From contig CBDCAF010000007.1 in the NCBI GenBank assembly GCA_965213675.1, positions 1 to 27,325 of the forward strand: DNA of 27,325 nucleotides, given 5' to 3'. Both the position numbers and the translations under genes were made by a program. This DNA comes from an uncultured Candidatus Binatia bacterium. GTDB taxonomy: Bacteria > Desulfobacterota > Binatia > UBA9968 > JAJDTQ01. Below, in pieces: positions 9,324 through 17,668 of the stretch. Under the pieces are notes generated by a model. That model was not told where the DNA came from, did not search any database, and saw only the letters and a program-made list of their open reading frames with translations. How positions within the stretch are numbered: position 1 is the stretch's first letter; the number at the start of each line of letters is the position of its first letter.

Positions 9324-9698
9324 TCAAGCTCCCGGATCATGACGCCCGGCCGGCGCGGAGCTGTCCGTGGCGCCCGGTTCCTGGGAAACCAGCCTGAGCC
9401 CGACGATGCCGGCCAGGATCAGCGCGATGCACACGAACCGCAACGCGTCCCTCGATTCCCCAAAAAAGATCATGCCCAAGGTCACCGTACCCACGGCGCC
9501 GATGCCAGTCCACACGGCGTAAGCCGTGCCCACCGGCAGGGTCTTCACCGCCAGCGACAGGAAATAGATACTCACTCCCATGGTTGTGATCGTCACCACG
9601 CTCGGCCACAGGCGGGAGAACCCCGCCGTGTACTTGAGCCCGACAACCCAGAACACTTCGAACAGTCCGGCAATGCACAGGTAGGTCCAACCCATCAT
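9324..9698 (-). CDS. sugE: SMR-family guanidinium/quaternary-cation exporter (Gdx/SugE)
   Basis: Four TM helices with AGLFEVFW (conserved Glu/Trp), [13 protein letters not shown] and [14 protein letters not shown]. Confidence 0.9.
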   Translation of the reverse strand: MMGWTYLCIAGLFEVFWVVGLKYTAGFSRLWPSVVTITTMGVSIYFLSLAVKTLPVGTAYAVWTGIGAVGTVTLGMIFFGESRDALRFVCIALILAGIVGLRLVSQEPGATDSSAPAGRHDPGA

Positions 9699-9830
9699 GC
9701 GACTCCCAAGTTCCGGACCCCTCCATCATGGCGCCCTCGCCCCATATTGGCCCTCCCGCGCAAGTCTACCCTCGGAGCCTGCGGCGCAGGCATTGCCCCG
9801 GTTTCGCTCATGGCCGATACTACCGTGGCG

Positions 9831-10475
9831 ATGTCCGGTCCTGCCCCGATGTCTCCTCCGGCCCATTCGGAGCACTGCCGCGCGTGCAAGGTCCGGCTGC
9901 ACGAACTGCTCACCGCGCTTTACCCGGGCGCGTGCCGCCGGGACCCTTCGTTCCCATGGCCCAGCAAACCCGAGACGTACCGCGGCCACCCCATCGGGGC
10001 GGTGCTGCAACAGATCTTCGACGCCCTGCGCGACCACCGGGGCTACGGGAATTTCATTCGCACACCCTGGATGCCGCCGTGCGACTACCACCTGGACAGC
10101 ATCGCAGGCGCCGGTATCGCAGGGGACACTATAGCAAGCCCCGGATTCATTCTGGAATTCGACGAGCGGCAACACTTCACCCGGCCCCGCGCCATCGCCC
10201 TGGGCCTGTACCCGAAGGACCTGCGCATGGGCTTCCCCGCCGGCGAATGGCTGCGGCTGTGCGCGGTGCTGAACGCGCGCGACCCCGAGCCGCCCGACCG
10301 GGACGAACGCCGGGCATGGTACGACACCTTGAGGGATCTGCTCCCCCTGGTCCATGGACTCGGCCCCACCGTGCGCCTCTACGAGGGCGCGCTGCGCTGG
10401 TGCGAACTGCGTCCCGACGCACCCGCGGACGTGGCGCGTTTCAGGTCTTTTCTCGAAGGAGGCGCCATAGTATAG
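9831..10475 (+). CDS. Hypothetical protein, probable restriction-endonuclease-like (Vsr/DUF559-type) fold
   Basis: This is the coding-like 3' part of ORF 9339-10475; the start is uncertain (9810, 9831 or 9849). Motifs: HSEHCRAC, PPCDY...ILEFDERQHF...RRAWYDTLRD...TVRL. Confidence 0.6.
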   Translation: MSGPAPMSPPAHSEHCRACKVRLHELLTALYPGACRRDPSFPWPSKPETYRGHPIGAVLQQIFDALRDHRGYGNFIRTPWMPPCDYHLDSIAGAGIAGDTIASPGFILEFDERQHFTRPRAIALGLYPKDLRMGFPAGEWLRLCAVLNARDPEPPDRDERRAWYDTLRDLLPLVHGLGPTVRLYEGALRWCELRPDAPADVARFRSFLEGGAIV

Positions 10476-10550
10476 AGGGCGAAGAACGCGAAGGGGTTGA
10501 TGCGCGCGACGGGCGGGACGCAGCCAGACTACAACGGAAGGAGCGATGGC

Positions 10551-11072
10551 GTGGCGCGAGACAACGACGCCGACAGGCTCAAGGCGGGGGATCTCATCCG
10601 TGAGATCAAACGGGCCGGCATCCGTTTCATCGTGGCCCTGCCCGACCGGACCACCAGCGAGCACCTGCTGAAGAACATGATCAAGGATCCCGACTTCCAG
10701 GTGGTGCAGGTGTGCAAGGAAGACGAGGGGGTGTCCATCTGCAGCGGGCTCTACGCCGCCGGGCACCGGTCGCTGCTGCTGATGCAGTACACGGGCCTGC
10801 TGGACTCCATCAACGCGGTCCGCGGCGTTGCCGTGCAGGGGAAGAACCCGGTGTGCATGATGGTGGGGATGCTCCAGAAGGAGCCCGGCGTCCCCCCCAG
10901 GCAGTCCAGGCGCTACGGCCTGCGCATCGTCGAGCCGATCCTGGAGGCGATGGAGGTGGAGTACCACAACATCGAAGCCCCCGGCGAAGCGGACAAGGTC
11001 GTGCCCGCAGTGGAAGCGGCCTATGCGGACGCGAGGCCGGTGGTCATGCTCATCGGACGGGAGCCTGTCTGA
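10551..11072 (+). CDS. ThDP-dependent decarboxylase alpha subunit (sulfopyruvate/phosphonopyruvate decarboxylase-like)
   Basis: GTG at 10551 behind AAGGAG. Pyr-domain motifs VALPD, VCKEDEGVSICSG and LLMQYTGL. Confidence 0.8.
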   Translation: MARDNDADRLKAGDLIREIKRAGIRFIVALPDRTTSEHLLKNMIKDPDFQVVQVCKEDEGVSICSGLYAAGHRSLLLMQYTGLLDSINAVRGVAVQGKNPVCMMVGMLQKEPGVPPRQSRRYGLRIVEPILEAMEVEYHNIEAPGEADKVVPAVEAAYADARPVVMLIGREPV

Positions 11073-11074
11073 CC

Positions 11075-11641
11075 ATGATGAAACGCGACGAATGCCTCAA
11101 GGTTCTGGCGCGCCACCGCACCGGCGAGATCGTGGTGGCGGTCTACAAGGCGGCGCAGGATTGGATCCACATCGCGCCGTCCGACCTCAACTACACCTTC
11201 ACCGGCGCCATGGGACAGGGTTCGTCCCATGCGCTGGGCCTGGCCCTTGGCCGCCCCGACAAGCGGGTGGTGATGCTGGACGGCGACGGCAGTCTGCTCA
11301 TGAACCTGGGCAGCCTGGTCACCATCGCCAACGCCGCGCCAAAGAACTTCGTGCATTGCGTGTGCGAGAACGGCACCTACGAGACCAACGGCGGCGTTCC
11401 CATCCCGCGTCACGACGGCTTCACCTTCACCGGCGTTGCGCGTGAGGCCGGCTACGTCAAGACCTATACCATCGACAACCTGGAGGACTGGGAGCGCAAC
11501 CTCGACACCATCCTCAAGGAGGACGGTCCCATCCTGGTGGACCTCAAGATGGAACCGGGCGAAGAATACCCGGAGAACTTTCCCCGCCTGTACAGCACCG
11601 AGTACCGCGACCGCTTCGCCAAGGCGCTGGCGGAGTCGTAG
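11075..11641 (+). CDS. ThDP-dependent decarboxylase beta subunit (ComE-like)
   Basis: Starts 2 bp after the alpha-subunit stop. GAMGQGSSHALGLAL plus the ThDP/Mg motif DGDGSLLMNLGSL...ENGTYETNGG. Confidence 0.85.
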   Translation: MMKRDECLKVLARHRTGEIVVAVYKAAQDWIHIAPSDLNYTFTGAMGQGSSHALGLALGRPDKRVVMLDGDGSLLMNLGSLVTIANAAPKNFVHCVCENGTYETNGGVPIPRHDGFTFTGVAREAGYVKTYTIDNLEDWERNLDTILKEDGPILVDLKMEPGEEYPENFPRLYSTEYRDRFAKALAES

Positions 11642-11802
11642 TGTGGTGTCTGGTTAATTCGGGTCATAATCTGCGGAGGATTTTTTGTCGTCGGCAAGGC
11701 GCGATGACGAGCAGTGGCGGGTACCACGCGAGGAAGAGCAACGCAGCCGACGGCGAAAAAGACCCGCAGATTATGACCCGAATTATCCAGACACCACACT
11801 AG
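11639..11802. mobile_element. MITE (non-autonomous miniature inverted-repeat element), about 160 bp
   Basis: 38-bp inverted repeats at 11639-11676 and 11764-11801 with 1 mismatch. The ends read (G)TAG-TGTGGTGTC...GACACCACA-CTAG. There is no transposase. Confidence 0.8.
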
Positions 11803-11809
11803 GAACCAG

Positions 11810-11850
11810 CATTCCCGCGTCCCTCCGTCGCGTCCCTCCGTCATGCCCGC
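11810..11850 (+). repeat. Degenerate tandem REP left-end units with a 13-bp duplication
   Basis: CGCGTCCCTCCGT occurs twice (11816-11841), bracketed by CATTCCCGC and GTCATGCCCGC. Confidence 0.5.
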
Positions 11851-11905
11851 AAGACAGGCCGTGTCAAAACGCTGATCGGACGCAGCAGGGCGCCAACTCC
11901 CGAAT

Positions 11906-11959
11906 CGTCATTCCCGCGAAAGTTTGCCCTCGACCCGGTTCGGGGGCGGGAATCCAGGG
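11906..11959 (+). repeat. Composite dRS3-like REP (copy 2), overlapping the dehydrogenase 3' end
   Basis: CGTCATTCCCGCGAAAGTTTGCCCTCGACCCGGTTCGGGGGCGGGAATCCAGGG. Confidence 0.85.
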
Positions 11960-12948
11960 TCGGTGGAGGGGGCCTGCGCTTCCGGATTGAGCACGTTGAC
12001 CGGCTTGCCCCCGGTGAACGCGACGACATTGGCAAAGGCGCTCTGGTAGCGCTGGTACAAGATCCGGTCCACGGCGTAGCCGCGGTGGGAGGCCAGGATC
12101 ACGTTGTCGAAGCCACGCAGCGGATGGTCCGGAGGCAGCGGCTCCTCGTCGTAGACATCCAGCCCCACCCCGCCGGGATGCCCCCGCTCCAGCGACTCGA
12201 TCAGCGCTTCCTCCGAGATGACCGGTCCGCGCGCGGTGTTGATGAGCAGCGCGCCGGGTTTCATGCGCTCCAGCGCGCGGCGGCCGATGAGTCCGCGGGT
12301 CTCGGCGTTCAGCCTGCAGTTCACCGACACCACGTCCGACGCTTCAAGCAGCGCGTCCAGGGACACGCGCCGCGCCCCCGCCTCCACCGCCCGCTCGTCG
12401 GTCAGGGTCTTGCCCGTGGCCAGCACCTCCATGCTGAAGGCCCGCGCGATGCGCGCCACCTTGCCACCGATGCGGCCCAGCCCGATGACGCCCAGGGTCC
12501 GCCCCTCCAGCAACAGCCCCACGGACGGCGGCCACCCGCCCTCGCGCATTCCCTGGCTCACGGACGGGATCTGCCGCGCCAGCGCCAGCAGCAGCGCAAA
12601 AGTCAGCTCCACCGTGGACGCGCCGGAGTCGTTGGGCGTGCACGACACCAGGATTCCGCGGCGCGTGGCCTCCGCCACGTCCAGGTGCGGTATTCCGCGG
12701 CCGATCTGGGAAATGAAGCGCAGCGACCGGGCCAGCGCGAACTCGCGCTCCCGGAACGGGGAGCGCTCGCGCATGAGCACCACCGCGTGCGCGTCGCCCA
12801 CTGCGGCGGCCCATTCCTCGTCGCTGGTGAGCTTGCGCTCGACCACGTGGACGTCGGCCACGGCCGCCACCTCTTCGTACGCCGGAACCGTCGTCGAGAA
12901 CTTCTCGTAGTCGTCCAGCACCACCACACGAAAGCGATCATTCATCAT
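11908..12948 (-). CDS. D-isomer-specific 2-hydroxyacid dehydrogenase (SerA-like family)
   Basis: Start set at MMNDRFRVVVLDDY. Rossmann motif GVIGLGRIG, LINTARG (Arg), DVYDEEP (Glu) and ASHRGY (His). Confidence 0.9.
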   Translation of the reverse strand: MMNDRFRVVVLDDYEKFSTTVPAYEEVAAVADVHVVERKLTSDEEWAAAVGDAHAVVLMRERSPFREREFALARSLRFISQIGRGIPHLDVAEATRRGILVSCTPNDSGASTVELTFALLLALARQIPSVSQGMREGGWPPSVGLLLEGRTLGVIGLGRIGGKVARIARAFSMEVLATGKTLTDERAVEAGARRVSLDALLEASDVVSVNCRLNAETRGLIGRRALERMKPGALLINTARGPVISEEALIESLERGHPGGVGLDVYDEEPLPPDHPLRGFDNVILASHRGYAVDRILYQRYQSAFANVVAFTGGKPVNVLNPEAQAPSTDPGFPPPNRVEGKLSRE

Positions 12949-13007
12949 GGTAGTCAGCTTACCGATTGACCAGCTCCGAAGGAAGGACACACAGCCACGT
13001 CTGTGAT

Positions 13008-13032
13008 GGGGCGACCGCCGGTCACCCCTACA
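13008..13032 (-). repeat. GTAG-family REP
   Basis: Minus strand TGTAGGGGTGACCGGCGGTCGCCCC: a GTAG tetranucleotide followed by a GC-rich imperfect palindrome. Confidence 0.65.
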
Positions 13033-13214
13033 AGTCATCGCGCCGTGCCGACGACAAGCGTTCTGCGCATTCGGATCAACGGTTTCGTGAAACGCCACAC
13101 GGGTCGCGCCGCTTGGCCGACCATCGTGTGGGTTCAGGTATGGACGCCGCGGGTTGCGCGGGTCTGACGTTTGTGACACGTCCGATTCCATTACCCTCTT
13201 GCGGAGGCAATTCC

Positions 13215-13562
13215 ATGAACCCATTGACCGAAGAAAAGTGCGTGGCGTGCCGCGCGGACGCCCCGGTGGTGACGCCGGAGGAAATTGACGAACTCAAGCC
13301 GCAGATGGCGGACTGGACCATGATCGAGGAGGACGGGATTCCCAAGCTCGACCGGCTCTTCAAGTTCAGGAACTTCACCCAAGCGCTGGGGTTCACGGCC
13401 GCGGTGGGCGACATCGCCGAGGCGGAAGGGCACCACCCTCGGATCGTCACCGAGTGGGGCCGCGTGCGCGTCACTTGGTGGACCCACAAGATTCGCAACC
13501 TGCACCGGAACGATTTCATCATGGCGGCCAAGACCGACCGGCTCTACGGCGAAGCCGGATGA
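13215..13562 (+). CDS. phhB: Pterin-4-alpha-carbinolamine dehydratase
   Basis: GGAGG RBS. CVACRADAP, FKFRNF, AEAEGHHP and WWTHKIRNLHRNDFIMAAK. Confidence 0.93.
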   Translation: MNPLTEEKCVACRADAPVVTPEEIDELKPQMADWTMIEEDGIPKLDRLFKFRNFTQALGFTAAVGDIAEAEGHHPRIVTEWGRVRVTWWTHKIRNLHRNDFIMAAKTDRLYGEAG

Positions 13563-13792
13563 CCGATCCAGCGACCTGTCGGGTTTGGCTTGCGCCCTCG
13601 GACTTCGTCCCCGCGCAGCCTGTGCCGAGCCCGTCGTGGGGCGCTGCATGGTTCACGATTCCTCGAATCGGCGCCCGGGCCGCCCCGGCGGTCGGGACTG
13701 GCGCATCGCGCGCTCTCTTCCCGGATTGACACGCGGCAACGTCTTGCCGTATTCACGGGGCTGATCAACGCCCATTTGTGGAGGGAACGCAC

Positions 13793-14806
13793 ATGGCAGA
13801 CTATCCCATTCTGGATGCGGACTCGCACATCCGCGAGACCGCCGACGACTACCGCTCCCGCGTGCCCGAAGTGTACCAACGCATCCGCCAGGGGTTCTTC
13901 CCCAGCGACACCTGGGACCGCTTCCTCGGCCGCATGGGCAAGCAGACCATCGGCACGAACGGCTACGTCGCGGACATGGACGTCGAGGGCATCCAATTGA
14001 GCGTCACCTACCCCACCATGGCGCTGAGCCTGAGCCTCGTGCCCCAGAGCGATCTCCAGAAGGCGCTGGCGCGCGCCTGGAACGACTACATCGGCGAGGT
14101 CCAGCAGCACAACCCGCGCATGAAGGGCGTCGCCACCGTGTCACTGAAGGACGTGCCCGCGGCGTGCGAGGAGCTGAACCGCGCCGTGAACAAGTGGCGC
14201 CACCCGGGCGTGATGCTCCACACCCACGGCCACAAGAAGAACCTGGGCGCCGAAGAGTTCTGGCCCATCTACGCGGAGGCCGAACGGTTAGGCATCCCGG
14301 TGTGCTTCCACGGCAACTCCTGGGGCGCCGAGGGACAGGAACGCTGGGAAACCTTCCTCCAGGCCCACACCGTGAGTTTTTCCTTCGAGATCATGCAGGC
14401 CTTCCTGGGCATCACCACGTGCGGGGTGCTGGAGCGCTATCCCAAGCTCAAGGTGGGTTTCTTCGAGGCGGGATGCGGGTGGCTGCCATACTGGCTCGAC
14501 CGCATCGACGAGCACTACGAGCGCCGCAGCGAGGAAGCGCCGCTGCTCAAGGGCAAGCCCAGCGACTACGTGAAGAACGGACGGGTGTACGTGAGCTTCG
14601 ATCCCGACGACGCCATGCTGCCCTATTGCATGGACCGCTACGGCGACGACATGTGGCTGTTCGCCGCCGACTATCCCCACTGGGACACCATCTGGCCCAA
14701 CGCCACCAAGGAGGTGCGCGAGCGCACGGACATCACCGAGGACCAGAAGCGGAAGGTCTTCTTCGACAACTGCAACCGGTTCTACAGCTTGGGGTTGGAG
14801 GCGTAG
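13793..14806 (+). CDS. Amidohydrolase_2 family protein
   Basis: GGAGGG RBS. ILDADSH, YPT, AWNDY, PVCFH, FFEAGCGW, ADYPHWD and FFDNCNRFY. Confidence 0.9.
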   Translation: MADYPILDADSHIRETADDYRSRVPEVYQRIRQGFFPSDTWDRFLGRMGKQTIGTNGYVADMDVEGIQLSVTYPTMALSLSLVPQSDLQKALARAWNDYIGEVQQHNPRMKGVATVSLKDVPAACEELNRAVNKWRHPGVMLHTHGHKKNLGAEEFWPIYAEAERLGIPVCFHGNSWGAEGQERWETFLQAHTVSFSFEIMQAFLGITTCGVLERYPKLKVGFFEAGCGWLPYWLDRIDEHYERRSEEAPLLKGKPSDYVKNGRVYVSFDPDDAMLPYCMDRYGDDMWLFAADYPHWDTIWPNATKEVRERTDITEDQKRKVFFDNCNRFYSLGLEA

Positions 14807-14865
14807 CGCGGAGGGGCCTCTCGGATCTCGACGGGGGTTAGCGCACCGCCGACTCGCACGGGGGT

Positions 14866-16299
14866 CTACAACCCCAGCTCCTCGGCCACGGCGTTTTCCA
14901 CCACGGTGTCCTTGAAGAACTCGGGGTTGTTGCGCGTGTGCAGGCGCGCGGCGTTGGTGAAGGTGAACTCGCGGAAGTCCTGTTCGGTCACGTGGCCCTT
15001 CTCCACCATCTCGTGGGCCTCGGGAATGACCTCCTTGAAGTCGGGCACGTCGAAGTGCGTGAAGTCGGAGCTGAATATCGGCTGCAGGCGCACACCCATC
15101 CGCGGATCGAACGCCCACATGGTGGCGCGGTCGTCGGCCTCGCAGCCAAAGAAGAAGTTGGTGGCGAACACCGCCTCGACATCCTCTTCCGAGTTGATCC
15201 CCGCAGCCTCGAAATCGTCCACCACATGCTCGGGCCTGGACAGATCCTCGACGCTGCAGTTGGGCCGGAACGCGTCGAGATTGTTCATGAGGGCGTCGGC
15301 GTTGGCCTTGAGCCGCTCGTCGCCGTAGCGCTCGATGAATCCCTTCAACTCCTCCACGTCGGTGTCGCTGGGGTACTGCAACCCGGCGCGCCGGCGCTTC
15401 TCCCAGTGCTCGATGAGATCGAAGCACATCTGGCAGGCCCAGCTTATGCCACCTTCCATGAACCCGAAGTTGAGGCTCGGGTAGCGGTTCACCAAGCCCC
15501 CGAGGAAGACGCCGCGGGCGAAGGCGTGATTCGACTCGGCGAAGTGGCCCACGTGGTTGAAGGTGAAGTTGCTGATGGAGGCGCGGTCGTGCCAGCGGCC
15601 GCTGCCTGAATGTTGGGTCACGGCCACGCCCAGCTCGACACAGCGGCGCCACACGGGCTCGTAGTCATACGGGCTGTCCAGGGCGATGTTGTCGCAAAAC
15701 CAGGCGGCCTTGCGCGGATCGATGCCCTCGGCCGCCACCGGGACCTTCCGCTCCTGGTTGCCGCGCAGCATGATGGCCCGGTATCCGCGCTGCACCACCG
15801 CGTACTCCAACTCTTCGAGGGCTTCGCCGGGATTATGCGCCGGGATGATGGCCACCGGACAGAAACGCTCCGCGTACGGCCCGAACATGTCCGCCGTCAT
15901 CATATTGTAGGCGCGCACGCCGGCGCGGTGCAGATCATCGTCCTGGATGCCGTTCACGCTCAGTCCGAAGCTCGGGTAGATCATCGCGAAGTCGATGCCC
16001 AGTTCCGGGAGCCGCTCGTTCAGCAAACCCGGCAGGAGACCCGTGGCCTTGTCGAAGGTGTTCGCGGTGACGCCCCACCAGATGGTGCGGCGCATGCGGT
16101 GGTGCTGGCGCTCCTGCGGCGTCGCCCCGTACCAGGACTGGTTCCGGCGCCACAGGTCCCTGATCTTGTCCACGGCTCCGGCCCCGCCCGCTTCGCTCAA
16201 GTATTCGAGGAAGACCGGGATCGGTTCGATCCAGTGCCCGTCGCCGTCGATCACCGGGTGCTTCAAGCTGTCGTGTATCCGTTGCGCTTCGTTTGCCAT
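14866..16299 (-). CDS. Amidohydrolase_2 family protein (long form, 477 aa)
   Basis: Start 16299 behind the AGGAG RBS. VIDGDGH, IYPS, AYN, FMEGG, SSDFTHFD and TNAARL. Confidence 0.88.
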   Translation of the reverse strand: MANEAQRIHDSLKHPVIDGDGHWIEPIPVFLEYLSEAGGAGAVDKIRDLWRRNQSWYGATPQERQHHRMRRTIWWGVTANTFDKATGLLPGLLNERLPELGIDFAMIYPSFGLSVNGIQDDDLHRAGVRAYNMMTADMFGPYAERFCPVAIIPAHNPGEALEELEYAVVQRGYRAIMLRGNQERKVPVAAEGIDPRKAAWFCDNIALDSPYDYEPVWRRCVELGVAVTQHSGSGRWHDRASISNFTFNHVGHFAESNHAFARGVFLGGLVNRYPSLNFGFMEGGISWACQMCFDLIEHWEKRRRAGLQYPSDTDVEELKGFIERYGDERLKANADALMNNLDAFRPNCSVEDLSRPEHVVDDFEAAGINSEEDVEAVFATNFFFGCEADDRATMWAFDPRMGVRLQPIFSSDFTHFDVPDFKEVIPEAHEMVEKGHVTEQDFREFTFTNAARLHTRNNPEFFKDTVVENAVAEELGL

Positions 16300-16323
16300 G
16301 GTCGGACTCCTGTCGTTGTGGGC

Positions 16324-16358
16324 TGGTGTCCTGTCACATGAACTCCGACAGGACACCA
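16324..16358. repeat. 12-bp perfect inverted repeat (hairpin or MITE-end scar)
   Basis: TGGTGTCCTGTC-N11-GACAGGACACCA, upstream of the amidohydrolase RBS. Confidence 0.55.
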
Positions 16359-16465
16359 AGGGTCTGCGCCGCGGAAGCCTCGACGCTGGCCTCGGCGCGG
16401 ATGCCTGGTGGCGGATCCAACGATCTCGCCACAACCTACCATACCACCCGCCCACGCGCACCGTT

Positions 16466-17668
16466 TCAGCGCTTGCGCTTGCGCCGGGAACTGGAACTGG
16501 TTGCGCTGTTCGCCCGAGGGGCGTGCAGCACGTCCTGGACCGCGTTGCGCACGAGTCCCGCCTGCCAGCGCAACAAGCCCGCGCACGCCATAATCTCCTC
16601 CTCGGTTCGGGGCCGCGTCCGGGCGATGCTTTCAAGGGCGGCCTTGGGCGCCAAGGTCCACGGCATGATCCCCAACTCGGCCGCGATCCGGGCACACTCG
16701 GTGCGCAACGCATCGAGTTCGTCGTCGTTGAAAGACGGCACATCGGAGGGAGCCATGCGCCGGAGTTCCGGCCACTCGCTCTCCGCCATGGCCGCGGCCC
16801 GATCAAGCGCATGCCCAAGCGCCCGGCGGCGCGACCCGACGATATCACGCGGCAGTTTGGGACCCTGGTCCAGGGGCGCGCCCGGTTGCGAGTCGGCCCA
16901 TTCCACCAATTCGAGTATCCGGTGATTCTGAAGCACCTTGAAGGGCGGACGGTTGACGCGCCGCGCCAACGTGTCGCGCCAACGCCAGATCTCTCGCAGG
17001 CCGGCCAGTTGGCGCCGCGACAGGCGCCCCGCCCCCTTGATGCGCCAAACGTCCTCCGGGTCACGCGCCCGGTCGCAGCCCGTGGCCGCCACCATCGCGC
17101 GGCAACTCTCCTGATGCCACGCCACCCGCCCCCACTGAAGCAACTCCCCGTGCAACCGCTCGGCAAGGGCCTCCAGGTAGCGCGTATCGTTGACCGCGTA
17201 GCGCAACTGCTTTTCGCTGAGGGGCCGGCGCGACCAGTCCGATTTCTGCGAATCCTTGACGAGCGCGACATCCAGAAGCTGCTGGACCAAGGATGCCAGC
17301 CCGATTTGTTCAATGCCAAGAAGCTGCGCGGCGATCATGGTGTCGAAGACTTCGCCGCGGGGCCTGAAGCCCTTCCACGCGCGCAGCAGCCGCAAGTCGT
17401 AGTCGCCACCATGTACGATCAGCCGCTTGTCCGCCAGAATTTCCACCAGACCGGTCAAGTCCAACCCGGACAGAGGATCGACCACGAAATGCGCATCCGC
17501 GACGGAGAGCTGCATCAGGCAGACCTTCTCCGCGTAGTTGTGCAGGCTGTCGGCCTCGGTATCCAGCGCCACCGCCTCCGCCGCTCGGAGGGACGGAATT
17601 AGACGCTCCAACCCAGCGAGGTCATGAACGTAGACGAAGTCCGGATAGTCTTCCCTTTCGAACACCAC
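16466..17668 (-). CDS. rnd: Ribonuclease D (DEDDy 3'-5' exonuclease with HRDC domains)
   Basis: LDTEADS, CLMQLS, YDLR, FDTMIAA, SDWSRRPL and YAVNDT, then HRDC WRWRDTLARRVNRPPFKV. Confidence 0.9.
   Translation of the reverse strand: MVFEREDYPDFVYVHDLAGLERLIPSLRAAEAVALDTEADSLHNYAEKVCLMQLSVADAHFVVDPLSGLDLTGLVEILADKRLIVHGGDYDLRLLRAWKGFRPRGEVFDTMIAAQLLGIEQIGLASLVQQLLDVALVKDSQKSDWSRRPLSEKQLRYAVNDTRYLEALAERLHGELLQWGRVAWHQESCRAMVAATGCDRARDPEDVWRIKGAGRLSRRQLAGLREIWRWRDTLARRVNRPPFKVLQNHRILELVEWADSQPGAPLDQGPKLPRDIVGSRRRALGHALDRAAAMAESEWPELRRMAPSDVPSFNDDELDALRTECARIAAELGIMPWTLAPKAALESIARTRPRTEEEIMACAGLLRWQAGLVRNAVQDVLHAPRANSATSSSSRRKRKR

Noticed and set aside
9699-9830. Guanidine riboswitch upstream of sugE
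   Set aside because: No tandem ACGR-loop hairpins or other ykkC consensus features are visible; a covariance scan would be needed to exclude one fully.
11464-11990. Short ORFs across the MITE/REP region as a transposase or small proteins
   Set aside because: There are no DDE or HUH motifs, and the ORFs simply run through repeat DNA.
13726-13755. Promoter TTGACA with a CGGCAA/TTGCCG dyad in the spacer, upstream of the second amidohydrolase
   Set aside because: The -35 is perfect but the -10 (TATTCA) is weak, and a 6-bp GC-rich dyad could be chance, so it was not called as a feature.
14866-17319. 817-aa ORF read as one fusion protein
   Set aside because: The first 340 codons largely overlap rnd in another frame and are Arg/Pro-rich noise. 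The real start is at 16299 with an AGGAG RBS.
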